Shown: positions 13,003 to 26,872 of the stretch, one piece after another
Numbering within the stretch: position 1 is the first letter of the stretch
How the letters are laid out: each line of letters opens with the position of its first letter
Assembly: GCA_039545335.1 (NCBI GenBank)
Contig: BCIN01000001.1
Coordinates: 2,483,136 to 2,547,135, forward strand
Length of the DNA: 64,000 nt
Direction: 5' to 3'
Origin: Kondoa subrosea
Taxonomy: Eukaryota
Position numbers and translations under genes: made by a program
The notes under the pieces: generated by a model
What the model saw: the letters and a program-made list of their open reading frames with translations, nothing else
Database searches by the model: none
What the model was told of the DNA's origin: nothing

Positions 13003-16000
13003 TCAATCCTCATCCGAATCGGCTACAATGGCTTTGCGTCGCGTCCGTACAGTCAGCATTTCTTCCTCTCCTTCTGCTGGCTGAGATAGTTCATGAGGTT
13101 GAGGACTACTCGCAGAAGTGGCAGGAGTTGATTGTTGAGCAGATGGAGAGGAAGAACGAGCAGAAGTAACTGTCGATGCAACATCAGCAGCTTTCCTGCT
13201 TGTGCTTGTTGGTTTCGCCTTGATCCTCTTGGCTGGTTGAGCAGGAGCAGAGGATGCAATCGTCTCATCATCTTCATCCAATTCAGCGGCTTTTGATTTC
13301 CGTTTCTTCTTCGGTGCTGATTTGCTTGCTTGACTCTTCTCCAACCGAGCTTGTTCTGCTGCCACATGCTCCGCATCCAATCTTTCGCGCAACAATCGTT
13401 CTCGCTCAAAGAATGCAGCGTCTCTTTCTGGGTTGTCCGCATCATCATCGCTGTCAACGAATTGAGCAGATTTGTAGGACAACAGTTTTGCTTCAGCTCT
13501 GCGTTTCTTCTTGCGTTGTTTGGCACCTTCAGCTTCATCTTGGTTGTCCGACTCGTCGGAGTCTGCAGCTCTCTTTTTGCCTTTTCGACCCTTCTTTGGT
13601 TTGACAATGAAATCTCCGTTATCGTCAAGATCGCCTTGTTCCGCGTCCGAAAGAGACACGAGCTTCTCTTTTGCTTCCTTCCTTGCGCGACGCTTGACAA
13701 CTTTCTTGACCAGGTCAGCAACGCGTCTGCCCGTGCCGGGGTCAAGAGGATTGATCAGGAAATTGTCGATGAGTTTGATGTCTAGAGCAAGATCTTTGGG
13801 TAGACGAGAAGCGGGAATAGTCCAGCGAAGGCATTCGCCCGCGAAGTCTGTCGTAGACTCACTGTTCAGCAGCTAATCACATCAATCTGCTGACAGCGTA
13901 CCTTCTTTCGATTCCCAAGCCAAAACACGCAATAATAGCTTGAAGTTTGAGTTCTTGGTGCCCGCAATCTTTTGCTCGTCGTCGACGTAAGGTACTTCTG
14001 TATGGCATCTGTTAGCTTGACTTCAGCGCAACAATGCTCTCATGACGAACCATAGGGAGCGAATTTAGAAACGGCTTCCTCGCTCGGCGGACGTGTCATC
14101 ATACTTGTTCGTATTGCGTTCGCATCTAGATCGCCATCGAGATCCATAGGTGCCTCTTTCACTGGTAGACCATCTGTGGCGAGTACGATTTCATCGCGTG
14201 CGGCAGCAGCAAGTCGCAATGCCTGGACTAGTATTAGTGGTAGCATAGTAATGGCTGATTACATCGCCCACATCTTTGACCCAATCGAGGAGAAACTCTT
14301 CGTTGCGTTCGCTGAGCAAAGCAATCGCGATTCCGAGTTTCTGACTTTCGGACCAGTCCTCCTTGATTTCCACTTCTGCAGGCATTGTAATGCGCTGTGC
14401 AACAGATAGCATAAGTTCTCTTGTCCTGGCTTCCCGAGAGCAAAAGGTGTACCTCTTCTTTATCTGATTCAGCGAAAGCGTCCTCTCCACGCATCATCTT
14501 CTTGATATCGCCTTTTCTATGGGGATAGAAAGCCTGTTGCAAATGGTCAGAAAGTGCGTAGAAGAAAGCTGCTACTCACTTCAACAAGTAACAAAGGCTT
14601 TTCTCTGGCCATCTTAAAGAATCGCTTGAGAATGAAATCGATCAGTTTAATGAGATCTTGGTAAGGTTGTTGCCGAGGCATCGATTTCTTCTCGTCCAAC
14701 ATTCGTTTGAAGAGACTGAGCACAGAGACTTTGTAAAACAGACCGTCTGCTTTAGCTTTGACTGCTTGACGATGCATCAAAGAAACAATTCGCTTCATCT
14801 GCTCCTCTGAGGTAAACGTTTTATAGCTGGCTAAGTATGTCATGCAAGTAGCAAGGACAGCTTCGCTCGCAAAGCTCTGTATCTTGAATCAGCGGTTGTC
14901 GAAAATTCAAGCTTTGCGACGCGACTTACAGCCTCAAAAGAAGAAAACTGGAAAGAATGAGTCGCAAAATCAGCTTGGCGGGATTCTTTGTCTTGTTCCT
15001 CATCTTCGCTCGCATCATCTAAAGGCGCTCCGTCATCTTCAGCTTGCTTGTTTTTTCTCTGACGTCTACGCTTGGCCGCGCGCTTCTTCTTCTTCCGCAC
15101 AAACATGAATTCGTTATTTTTGCTATAACGCTCCAACATGCGCAGCAGAATGTAGGTCAAATTCATGATAGCATCCAAGTATCGCTTTGACTGGTCCTTG
15201 AACTTGGCAACAACTTCAAGAACCATCTGCAGCGTTTCTGCTTCGTAATAAAGTTTGTTTTGCAAAATGTCTGCAACTTCGCGATACTCTTCATTACTCG
15301 ACTGCGCCAGAGCTTCGATGGTGAGGAGCTGAAATTACACAAAGTGAGGCAGAGTTTTCGCAGAAAAGGCGAGTTTTTGGCTTACAATCTGAATAAAGCT
15401 GTTGACAGCTGCGTGCAGTTCTGTCCACATAGGCGGTTTCTCTTCCATTGCCATCCTCATTCGCGCACAAACGTATCCTATCGAGCTGGCTTCCGTCATT
15501 TCTGCAATTAGATCGAAGTCGTGCCCTTGTTCAGAATCTGGCGATATGCCTTGTTGGTTTTCTGATTGGCGGAGAAGAAGAAAGTATTCAAGGAAGAAGG
15601 ATGATAGCACAAGGAAGCGGATGTTGTCGATTTCTTTGACTCCCGCGCGTTCGATTCGAATATCGTGCAAGATGGAAGCGAAGAAAGCTGAGCACCTGTG
15701 ATTAGCATACTGGGACAAGGAGATATCATGTACATACGATTGAAAGCGCTGTCTATGAAGCCAAGGGCTACTTCTGCCAAACATTTGACTGCCTCAGGCT
15801 TTAGGTCGGATGAAGCAGGCGCCAGATCATCTTCAAGCCTTGTTTTCTTCTTCTTTCCCTTTTTGACTGCATCCAAGATCTTGCTCGGGGACAACACCAA
15901 AGCCGACTGTTTGTGCATGATGTATCGCTTGTTGCTTCCGTCACTTGTTTGCAGGGCCACTGTTGTACCAAACCGAGAATGCCTGGTATTACTCTTCCGC

Positions 16001-17078
16001 GAGTCGACTTTCTTTGCTTGCGTTTCCGCCTTCAACAGATCAGCAAGCTTGTTTGAGCGAAGTGCTGAGAGGCCATTAGCGCCTGTCGCTGTGGCTGTTG
16101 TTACCGAGACCAGTTCTTGAGCCTTGACTGACCGGAAGATGAGATGCAGCAGATCGAGCGCGATTAACGTCCAGGCTTTGAATTCAGATGTGTCCGCGTT
16201 GGACGCTATCGTGACTAAGAAATCGAAGACAGATGAAGAGTGCAATTGTATGATGAGCTCGCTCTAGTTGGGACATTAGTCTACACAATTGTAGATCTGC
16301 ATCTTACTCACTTGCAGGGACGCTTGTTCCAATGCCTCGGTTGATAGGGATGCGCCGGCGACTGAGTCTTTCAATGCAGCCAGATTCCGGAAGATGTGCA
16401 AGATCATCGAAATGATGTTTACATCACGTTCTCTTCTGTCTCGTTTCGACTTCTCCAGCGAAGGCATTGTTATAGCGAACAGAGTTTGGATTGCATTTTG
16501 TCGCAGAATTGCTGCCTTGTACGATGATTGTATTGCCAGCAAACCCTTGTAATCAATCTTTGCCCGAGCAGCTGGATCTTCGCTACTTTCGTCTAATAGA
16601 TCAGCATCCTTCAATTCTTGAACTGGATCAATAGGCCAAGTCATGGCTAGAACCAGGTCTGCTGTTGCCAAAGCCACTTTGTGTGCCGTTGTTCCAGGTT
16701 CGTGATGCGCTGTTACTTGCAGGATAGGAAGCAGATCTTTCCTAAGAAGAGCCGTTTCGTGAAAGATCCTTGCGATTGTACGATTGTCATCGAATTCATC
16801 GAGCTTCCACATCTTCTTGAGATCCTTGATACATGAAAGACACTCATCACCTAGTCGAAATACGCGAGAGCTTTCTCCAGTCTCTTCGTCCAATTCGTCT
16901 TCGTACTTTGCGATAAGTCAGCGCCGCAACCTGAAGGCAGCTCATAGTAACGTACACCGCCCAGAGCAGCTACAAGCATCTCAACTGGCTTGCGCAGAGT
17001 TGCTTTGAGGGAAGCTTTCGCTTCTGCCTCGTTTTGCTGATCATCTGGTTCTTCGTCAGAATAGCCATTGCGGTCCAT
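13003..17078 (-). CDS. TOF1: Replication fork protection protein Tof1/Swi1/Timeless
   Basis: LGDECLSCIKDLKK, LAMTWPID, RHSRFGT, LMHRQAVKAKADGLFYKVS; acidic/basic tail YKSAQFVDSDDD. Confidence 0.9.
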
Positions 17079-17499
17079 GTTGACGCGTCAAGGAAGCCTG
17101 GGGTGCTGTCGAAAGCGATGTTGGGCCTTGTGTAGACCAGATCAGGCCAAGCACAAAACACCAAATTCTATTGACGCGCTTTCGAATAGCAGATTTGTTG
17201 CTGTTTCTAGGCTGCTGATGAACAATCAAGGGAGAGATATCAAGGAACAGGTATAGAAGTCTAGCCAGATTGCGACAATCAGCGAAGAGAGGGTTTGGAA
17301 ACAAGCGCAATTTCACAATCATAAGTAAACGTCCTACATCTTCATGAGTAAGAGCCTCAAAGGAGACTTCGGATGAGACACTCCAACGATACATTTTTTG
17401 CAGTAGCTATGAACTATATACAGAGCGAGCACTAATTTCTGAATATTACGATGTCATATATATATCATATACATCATCCTTCAAGACTGCATTTATTGT

Positions 17500-20465
17500 T
17501 CAAGCCTTCTTGTTGCCATCGAATTCTTTGTTCTGGCTGATGTAGTCATCGTTCGTGTCATCGAAAGACACCAAAGGCTCGACCGGGGCAATATTCTTCT
17601 TGCGTAAAACTTCAAGATGCCAAAGAGGATCAGACAATTCAGTTGCTCAGACTTAACACTTACTGGCAGTCTTGAAAAAGTGCGGCAAGACGACCTTCAT
17701 TCGGTAATTGACGAAAGCGCGGGAAGAGACACCAAAGATCCGATCAAGTTCTTCTAATGTGCGTCTGTGGGACAGACTTTCAGGCGTTTGCACGTGGATT
17801 GATCAGGAAACTGACTGTTTAGTCTCTGTGATTGACTGATCAGCGTTGTCAAATCTCCACGAAAGAACATCACATACCAGGGACGAATAAGAAGATCAAG
17901 CAGAAAGCAATCAGGTTTAGTCCAGCATAGAAGCCAAAGGCTCCGACTTGAGAAATAGCTACTTGCAGTGCCGGGAAAGAAATGGTCAATACAGCTGAGA
18001 AACCAAGACAGACGGTGCTGTTAAAGTTATGTCAGTCTGAACGAATGCCTGTGTAAGTGAACATCGTACACAGCCCATGACATTCCTACTTCACGGTGTG
18101 ACAGAGGGAACACTTCGGCTGAATAGGCGAACGGTACTGGTCCTTCTCCGACAGAGTAGAACATGGCAAAGATGTAGATAAAGAGCGCGACCAGAGCCAA
18201 ACGAACTTGTAGATTGTTGATCAGAGTGCATAGTCCTGCAGCCAAGAGTGTCCAGGCCATCTAAGACATGTTTAGTAATCAAAAGCGAAGACAAATCGCG
18301 GTGCTTACATTGGGGAAGGTAGTCAATAAAAGCCAGCGACGACCGTATGTCTAAATAGTTGGTTCATCGGTCAGTGCTCATCGAACTTGCTTAGTCGTTA
18401 CCTTACATCAATGGTGTAGAAGGCGCTACAAAAGCATGTTACACGTCAAACGCGAATTGGGACATCAGCGGTGGACTCACGGAATAGCGAACAGGAAATT
18501 GATTGCTCCAAAGCCAAGAGACGCGTATAGAGCTTGTCTGGCATCAAAGCCACTTTGTCTGAAGATGGTGGAGCTGTAGAAGGCAATAATGTTGATACCA
18601 CACATTTGTTGAGCCAACATGACTGTGCCGGAAGCGATTGTTGCGCGGCGGACGCGAGGAATAGTAAAGAGCTCAGCGAATCTTCGTGGGTAAGAGTCAG
18701 CTTTCTTGACTGAATTCTCGAGTTGGAGTTGGACGTGGACAAAATACATATCTCTTGCGGCTTGAAGAGGAGTGAACCTGAGTCTACAGAAATTTTTGAA
18801 TGCCTGAGGGTAGCGGTCCTTCTTCATCAGCCATCTTGGCGATTCGGGTACGAGGAAGATTAACACTATGTAAAATAAAATCAGCAGCCGTCAGAAGGGC
18901 TTATTTTTCTTCATGACACACTAAGAGGCACTGCAGGAATGAATGCACTCCCTAATTGGTACCGCTTAGCAGTCGCGAAGCATGAACATGAGCGAACGGA
19001 GTTGCTACTGAAAAAATTCTTGACATACCCAGACATCTTGTTCAGGGAAGACCAAAGAAACGACCTGAGCAGCAAATCAGTCTCTAAGTCTTCTGGGTCA
19101 GCGAGAACAGCGGCGTACGTTCGCGACGAAGCCCAAAAAGATACCTATGGCAGGTGATCAGCATTCAGAAGTATAGTGAGAAGCTCAGCACGCACCGAAA
19201 GCAGTCCAGAATTGCCAAGTCATGGTCAGAGCGCCTCGACTGTGAAGCATGAGAAGCCTATCGCACTGCAAATCGTGCAATGCTCACATGTTGGCAGGGG
19301 AGTTTTCAGCGGCGAGCACCGGAACAGTAGAGCCTTTGGCTCCCATACCAATACCTACATAAGTAGATCAGTGTGATTTGATCGACAGAGCAAAGCAGAA
19401 GTATTCACCCATGATTAGACGGACAACGAAAAGAGTTTCCCATGAATGTGTAAAGCCAGATGCGATTGGAGTGGCTATCAGGATGAGAGCGGTAATAAAG
19501 CTGTTTACAAGATCAGTTCCAAGTTGCTAGCCTGCCACATGACTGCGTACATTGTTCCACGTCGACCAAACATGCGATTTAAAGGATCAGACAACCAGCA
19601 ACCGAGAGCGCAACTGCCAATGTATGGACCAGCACTGAGAAGCGAAATTAAGTAACAGCGGAGCTTCCCTTTGCAGGGCACTGACTTTACAACACCGACC
19701 AGCCATTCATCAGCGAGAGAGCCGCTGCCAATACCGAACTCTTGAGGAAAACCGAGATTTGCACCGTTACTTTAGAATAAAATTGTGTTAGTACAGAGCG
19801 CAAGACTCAGCATGTTGCCCATGTACCTTCCAGTCTGATCCCATCCTTGAAAGAGCATTGTTTGTCAGTCGAGAAAATTCATATTAGGCCTCGAGCATAC
19901 CTTGTACAGCGGCTCCGATGGAGCACAGACCAATGGTCACGTACAACATTGCGGGACTGAACAGAGCGATCAGAGGGTGGCAAATGCAACGCATGCGAAA
20001 GACTCACTGTGACCATCTGTGCGTTCTCTCGTGATGAATCGCTTGCCTGTCCTGGTCGTCAAGTTCTTCTAATGAATCATACCGATTCTGCCACACAACA
20101 TCCCCTTTAGCTTTGGCTGGGCCTTTCGTCCAAGATTCTCCTCACCGGATTCTGAGCAAGGATGGCACCCTTTTGAAAGATGGCAGTATGCTCTGTGAGT
20201 CCTTTCTCTTGAGTAAACGCTTCCACATTAGCAGCCAATTCTTCGCGGCTCAAGCCATAAAGTGGATTTCGCAGCTTGGCTGCAATCTTTTACCTCCTGT
20301 TAGCGCAACTCCAAATCTGTACCAGAAAGATAAACCTACATGACCATTAGGGTCGACATCAGTATGCTCTTGATGCTGTTCATAGCCAGTCAGGCGGCAC
20401 ACTACGTTGCACAGCTTAATTTCTCTTACCTGCTTCTCAGAAATGTTCTTTTCGCCAACTGCCAT
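17500..20465 (-). CDS. MFS sugar porter (polyol/inositol-transporter-like), many exons
   Basis: [47 protein letters not shown]. Confidence 0.9.
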
Positions 20466-21029
20466 CGTGTTTGTTGTGTGTTAAAAGCAAAGATGTAGGT
20501 GTAGTAGAAAGAAAGGTAGAAAGGGGGGCATTGCGGAGATCCATTTGGTACAGCGCGGCACCGGCAAAATCATGTGTGCAATTTGCCAATTTGCTTGGCT
20601 TCCCGGAAGTACGTCACCATTCCTAAAGTTCACAGCACTTTCCACAGTTTCCACAGTAATCACGTATTGGTACTCAGAAAGAGTTGCGAACTAAGCAGAT
20701 CGCAGAGGAATGTTGGGAGCACGAGAGTGGGAGCATAAGCAAAGGGAACTAACTATACATCAACCAGGTTGCAACGTTCAGTACTTCTACTATCACTGAG
20801 ATCATGAAGAAAGGGACTATGAGCACAGAAGCGATTCTCAAGGTCAAATGGAATTCGTTCAAAGAAGCGTTCATACAAGGTTCAGCAGCTTTGACTCGTG
20901 ACATGATCTTCGAAAGAAGAAGAAGATCCAGTCGGTAACATAGAAGTCATCATAAATAGACTTGCGTCGGTTTGATTCCTCCTTGAAGCTTTTACTTCAT
21001 GTTAGATCTTCATCAATCGAAACGTTTGC

Positions 21030-22662
21030 CCAATCTCTTCATTCAAGTGCTTTCGACAGGACAGCGCAGTGACTACATGCGAGCGCAGCATTATGTTCCG
21101 CTTAGAGAAGCGATGCACATTCTGCATAGGCGCTCAGGGCCGTTTCCGGGCATAATTGTCGCTTCAGCTCCATTTTGGCTGCTTGCTCTANTCTGCGTCG
21201 AGACAGCCATTGCGATACATAACGACGTGTCGAATGAGTACAGACAACTATCTCAAGCCATGTACATCTTTTGCAATCCAGGTCAAGCACAGAACATCAA
21301 AACTTGAAAATGCAGGTGGAAAGCTGATCTCTCCCTAGAGGGAGGCTTTTGGCATATGATGAAGCGAGGGAAGCAATGGAGCAGGTACAGATCTCTCCAT
21401 TAGACATCGACAACAAGCGAGAACGGCGTTCAAAGGCAAGGTCGCTTCCATGCACCACCTCGTATTGACTTTTACCTTCAAAGGTCTGATCATCATTACG
21501 CGTCATTGCATTCAGCGTTTCTTCTCAAGTGATCCTCCATCAAGTCATTCCTGAAATTGTCGAGTTCGAAGCCATTCTTTACTTCTCGTTTGTGCGTCTC
21601 GATTCTTCTGCTGCGCTCTATCGGTGCTGCCGCTATGTTGTCTATCGCTCTCTCCGTCTCTTTTACCTCTACGTGCCATCTTTGATGAGATTTGCTTTGA
21701 TTTCGATTCCCACTCGCGAATCCGACTGTTGGTCAAATTGACTTGCAATCAGTTGTAAGCTCAAAGACTCCTGTCAAGCCATTCATGTAGCTGCTATAAC
21801 AGTTGGAATATTCTGTCTCCTTCCTCTTCTTCATTATCAACTGTTTCCATCGAGTCGAGCGAGCACTAGCATATCAAAACCTTTTACCTGCTATACAACA
21901 ATCATCATGCCGCTCTTCTCCTTCTTCAATCTTTACAAAGATGGACCAGTTCGATCTACTTCAAAGCGCAGCAGCAGCACTCCTGCCAAGTCTGCTCGCA
22001 GCGGCATTCGCAAGAATGAAGCTCACCTTTGCTTGTCGCAATGGTCAGCATTCGGCACAACCTACATCCCTGATGTCGACGCAGAGCAGGAGCGAACTCT
22101 CTCGTCGCGCATTCAAGCTGCTGCCTCTCGCTTCGCAAAGCAACAACACGCTCAGAACGTTCTTCAACGCTCTCGTGAAAAGCTCGCACGATCAGTCTAT
22201 ATTCCTGCTTGTCAGGAAGAATGCGATCGCCGCATCGTTCCAACTCCGGAACTCATCACACCTTTGGCTCATCGCAAGCAATTCACACTCAAGGCTCAAT
22301 CTTCAGCATGCACCTGTTCTTCTCTTCTTTCTCCCTCCTCACTCTCTCTTACCACTTGTTGGTCAGACGAGGAAGAAGATGAAGACATGGACTGCTCAGA
22401 ATTGGCTTCAAATTGGGGTCTCACGCCTCAACAGCTCGCTCAACATGGCCTTTCAATAAATCAACTTCTGTGCAAGGCTTGTCAAGAAGAGGAAGAAGGC
22501 TTCATTCATCTTCCTCGACTGCCGATGCCTCAAAGTCGATTGGCCAAGGTTGATCAGCGTGCTCAATTGTCTCAATTGTTTCCCGCTGAATACGGCGCCA
22601 AGCAAGTGGAGTCAAACGCTTTCCGCATCTATGCAGCTTGCCAGCGATATCCACTCAAATAG
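21030..22662 (+). repeat. Inverted duplication, copy A (~1.63 kb)
   Basis: Reverse complement of 44122-45757; runs from ccaatctcttcattcaagt to the stop codon of the 251-aa ORF. Confidence 0.95.
21907..22662 (+). CDS. Hypothetical 251-aa protein, paralog A
   Basis: Intronless ORF whose frame and length are conserved in the second copy (19 aa differences by hand count, no indels). Confidence 0.7.
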   Translation: MPLFSFFNLYKDGPVRSTSKRSSSTPAKSARSGIRKNEAHLCLSQWSAFGTTYIPDVDAEQERTLSSRIQAAASRFAKQQHAQNVLQRSREKLARSVYIPACQEECDRRIVPTPELITPLAHRKQFTLKAQSSACTCSSLLSPSSLSLTTCWSDEEEDEDMDCSELASNWGLTPQQLAQHGLSINQLLCKACQEEEEGFIHLPRLPMPQSRLAKVDQRAQLSQLFPAEYGAKQVESNAFRIYAACQRYPLK

Positions 22663-23301
22663 GTGACGGAAAGAAGGAAATGAAGGAAAAAGGGAAGCAA
22701 GATCGGGCTCTATTTGTTGTGTTATAGTATTAATTGGGTTTTGTGGATTTGTATTGGCTTCAAATTATGTCTTGTATCGATAATTTGTGCGGTTGCGAGT
22801 CGAATGTAAAGCTTTGTGGTGCTTGGAGTGTAATCTTGATATTACTTCGCTTTCGAATCTTTTCTTTCTGGTTTAGCTCTTCTTCTGCTCTTCTTCTGCT
22901 GCTTTTGCATTCCTTCACACGTGCAACTGCGAGATCTCAGCACAAGAGCTTAATCAAAACCGACACAAATTGTAGAAGAAAACCATTAACACAGGATATG
23001 AGCGGCATCTTTCAGAAGAGAGTATGAGCATAGAATAAGAAGAGGAAAACAAAACGGTGACGCGAATGAAAGAAGTTCTAGAACACTTTTGGTTTTACAA
23101 TTTCGTGCGATAAGTACTAAGAAGAGTATGAGAAAGTCCATGTACAGCTCAATTACCCTGTGAGCACTGCTTTCACAGAGGTACTGATTTCGACAAATCG
23201 ACCAACAAACTGGTCTCCGACGTTACGACTTGCAAGCTTCTTGCTGGAGAATGTTGTGTGCTGTGATTTAGATGTAGTGGATCTTCTTCGATCGAGAGTG
23301 A

Positions 23302-25045
23302 TTAACCTTGCTTGAGTGCAATGACCATGACTGAGAGATTATCGCTACTGAATCTGGACAACGCGAACTCCAGGAGGACACGGCTTGCTTCTTGCGGATC
23401 GAAGATCCTAGATTTGGTGATGATATCCACAGCTTCTTGATCTTCGCATACATCCCAGAGCTGTAAGGATTTGCGCTTTAAATGAGACTGTATCTCAACA
23501 TAAAGCAAACATTCTCACCCCATCACAGGCGATGATTAAATAGTCATCATCCGGTCCAAGAGTCGTCTCCGTTGTGTAAGGCGAACCCACGACAAATTCT
23601 TTCATAGCTGAATCGCCAAGAGATCGAGTGACCGCAAGAACGCCTGTCATACCCGCAAAAGACAAAATCAGTTGTGATACTGAAACAAGCCTCGTCAAGG
23701 CTGACCATTGACCCGATTGTTCATCACGAATCCTCCTGCATCAGTAATACGCTTCGCTTCTTGGGCATCTGAGCCTTTGTGATCGTAGGTTAACCTGACC
23801 GCTTTCCCGCCTCGACTGTGAGAAACAGTCAAGCTCTTTAAGCATTCTAATTATGCGAAGAAGAGATGAGCTGCTCACCACAAGACCGCTCTCGCATCAC
23901 CAACATTAGCAGTATACAAAGTTCTCTTGCATCCAGCCGCTGTACCATGCGGTATTGAATCCTGAGGTATTTCCCTTGGTTCCGTTCCTTTCTTGCTCAA
24001 ACTGCTTCCACTACTCGTTCGAGAAGAAGACAAGAAACCTCTAATCTTTTCTCTGTGTACACCATCACCGAACCGACGTTTCTCTTTCTCTTCTTCCGTT
24101 TCGTTGCTACTTGGTTCTATAGTAGTAGTAGGTGATAAAGAGGGTGAATTGCTTGCTGATTTGATAGATGTGGCAGGAATAGCTTTCCCATTAAGGTCTT
24201 CTAGACGAAGGAAACAGGTAACGGCCGTACAACCTGAATGAGTACCATCTTCTGCAGCTAGTTTAGATAATTCGGTATCGGCTACATGGAACGTTGAGTT
24301 GAGAAGATCAGGTATAGGTACATCAGGTTTTGCATGAAGTTCATTAAGTAGATACTGTATAATCACTTTGAATTCAGTTCTGTGTCCTTAAGCTTGAAAT
24401 GAGAGCGGAACGAACGTCATGAAAGTTTGCGCCACACCATTCGGCAGCATGTTTCCCAGCATGACCATCAAAGACAGCAAAATAACCTTGACCTTTAACT
24501 CCATCGAAATCGTAAATGAAAGCATGAGCATCTTCCATTGTTCTTCTGCATTTCTTGTTCTTATCTTCTGATACACCTACTCTGATAGGTCCTGAAGAAG
24601 CAGGTGCTGGATGTCTATTGATCAACTGTTGATGATAAAATCAAACACGAACGGCTTGAATAAAGAGCTGTCGCCATCGCAATAAGAACTTACCCCTTGA
24701 GTATCTTCGCCATCTGCTATTGAGATAGTCTTACTTCTTGCATTGGGACTTGTAGCTTCATCTGAACCTTTGTTACGCCTTGATTCTTTGGCTGGAGGAG
24801 GAGCAGCCGCGACTTGAGATGAAGACATATGTTCTGAATCGCTCATTGCGTTGGGTGACATAGTCAATCGATTGTCAATCTCTTCTTCTCCTGTACATGT
24901 AAGGCATGCATTAAACAATGAACCATGAAACCATGTTAAGGGGAGACCAACCGTTTCTACGTGAAGGCTGATCTAGACCCAAGTCTTGTGGGTGATTAGT
25001 AGCCTTCTGAGGTGTGTGAGTCTCGCTGTCCACTACTTCAGACAT
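23302..25045 (-). CDS. PTC1: Protein phosphatase 2C (Ptc1-like)
   Basis: [62 protein letters not shown]. Confidence 0.9.
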
Positions 25046-25231
25046 CTTAACGGCAAAGGCGAGGGTCGTTGAGACGAACTAACATGGGCTGACGTTCGTC
25101 ATGGGCAAAACATTCAAGTTCTACTATATAGACTTTCTATGGTATATACTATGCATATGAGTAAGAATGAAGTACAAACAAGAAGACTGATGCTAAAAGT
25201 GTCCATGCGAATGCGCTGAAACTGATGTGAA

Positions 25232-26319
25232 TCACCTTCGACGAAGAACTCTTGCTGCGCCTAGTAAAAAGCAAGCAGCAGTAACGAATAGACCTAGGGA
25301 GCCAAATGGTAGAAGTCTTGCGGCAGCTGAACAGTCCTGACACGTCCATTGACTCAATGGAGTATACGCTGCGGCCTGTAAAAGACGAGCCTTGTCTAAG
25401 CGATGACACTCCGCTATCAGAGAGACACTCTCACCCTATACATCGCAAATTGAGGGCCAACATTGGGTGAAAGTCGACCGGGTCTGAGCGCCGATCAGGA
25501 TGAGTCCAATGCGTCAGGCAAAGGAAACGACTCACAGCGGTGCAGCTGCTAGACCTCGTTCGTCATACATTCTGAAGACGTAACTCGCTTCCCTGTGAGA
25601 ATACGGACGTTTTCATGTGGTGTAAATGGAACGAAGAATTATAGCTCACGCCCAAGGATGCGCTCCAGGAGAGGATTCTTGAGCCGCAATATCCCATGCG
25701 AAAGTCGTTTGCGCAGCTCTGTAAGTATCCAAAGCTGAGCTCGCATGAGCATTGAGACCGATTGACTTACGGTACACTATTGAATCGCATTAGCTCATGA
25801 TTTTATCGAATACACATAGGAATGACCTACGTGGCCACTGGATAAGTTACGCCATTCTGAGAGCAAAAAGCTTCAATCGTGACTGGCCCATCGCGAATGA
25901 GCATGTTGTGCATCCTTAAACACCTTGCATAATTGACTTACGAGAAGTAGGTGTCGCGATCAAACCAGAATAGGACCATTCGAGCATAAAAGTACTAGAA
26001 GGGATGATTTTGATCAGTGTAGCTAAGAGTAGAATCCCCATAAATTCAGCTCGGGAGTTTCGTGCTATGCATAGGATGCTGACGAACCTGCGCTGGTAGC
26101 GGCCGGTTGAACCCTGTATCGCATTATCAGACTCGAAGAATACTTTTCAAGGGATGCAGAAGCGTACATGGACACCATACCAGCAGGTAAAGAATTCGCT
26201 ATTGACAAACTTGACGATACAGCCTGAGCATTTGATGATGTCGGACGCGGTGTTGGCGTGACTTGCGCGTAGACTACATTGCTCAGAGCTGCTACCAGAG
26301 CAAGCAAGAAGAAATGCAT
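25232..26319 (-). CDS. Small secreted, Cys-containing, probably GPI/membrane-anchored protein (many short exons)
   Basis: Signal peptide MHFFLLALVAALSNVVYA, S/T-rich stalk, hydrophobic C-terminus LLPFGSLGLFVTAACFLLGAARVLRRR*; internal exons only partly resolved. Confidence 0.55.
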
Positions 26320-26872
26320 TCGTCGAAGTTTGAGACAAAGTCTTCCGTTGGTCTTGCACAGCGATGCGATCGGCGGCAGTCTTCATAATATCGAACACAG
26401 GATCTTACTTTGCTGTACTGGATATTGTCTGTCTGCTTCATGCGTGCTCCGGCGCTATTTCTGGCGTTTGACTATGGAGCTTGTCGCGCCGCTTTGCGTG
26501 CAATTGCCCAGCTTCACTTTATGCTTGCCAGATGCCTTGGTATCTGTTTGTGCCCGTGCTTGCTCCTCTCTTTTTTGTTGGCTTGATATGTGCATGAGCT
26601 ACAGCGTCAATGCTGCTTCGTCAGGAAGCTCTTATGCCAGTGCTTCCCATTTAGTATGATGTTTGCTCTCTCTCCTACTCACACTAACAATCTACTTTGC
26701 TTCCGCTGACGGACCGCTCTGATCCCGAGTACATTCTATTTACGCATTTCAGTTCCGGTCCTTCTTCGTATTCTCATCTTCCTGCAGAAACGTTCGACTG
26801 TCCTTGGTAACAGAACGTTCTCTGTCTGACGGACACTCTCAATATGATATATCTTTCGCCGCACATTTTGCT

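Noticed and set aside
13053..13876. Several long overlapping alternative-frame/antisense ORFs in the TOF1 3' region (also at 21803-22459 and 28099-29023)
   Set aside because: Shadow ORFs of low-complexity coding sequence; no motifs.
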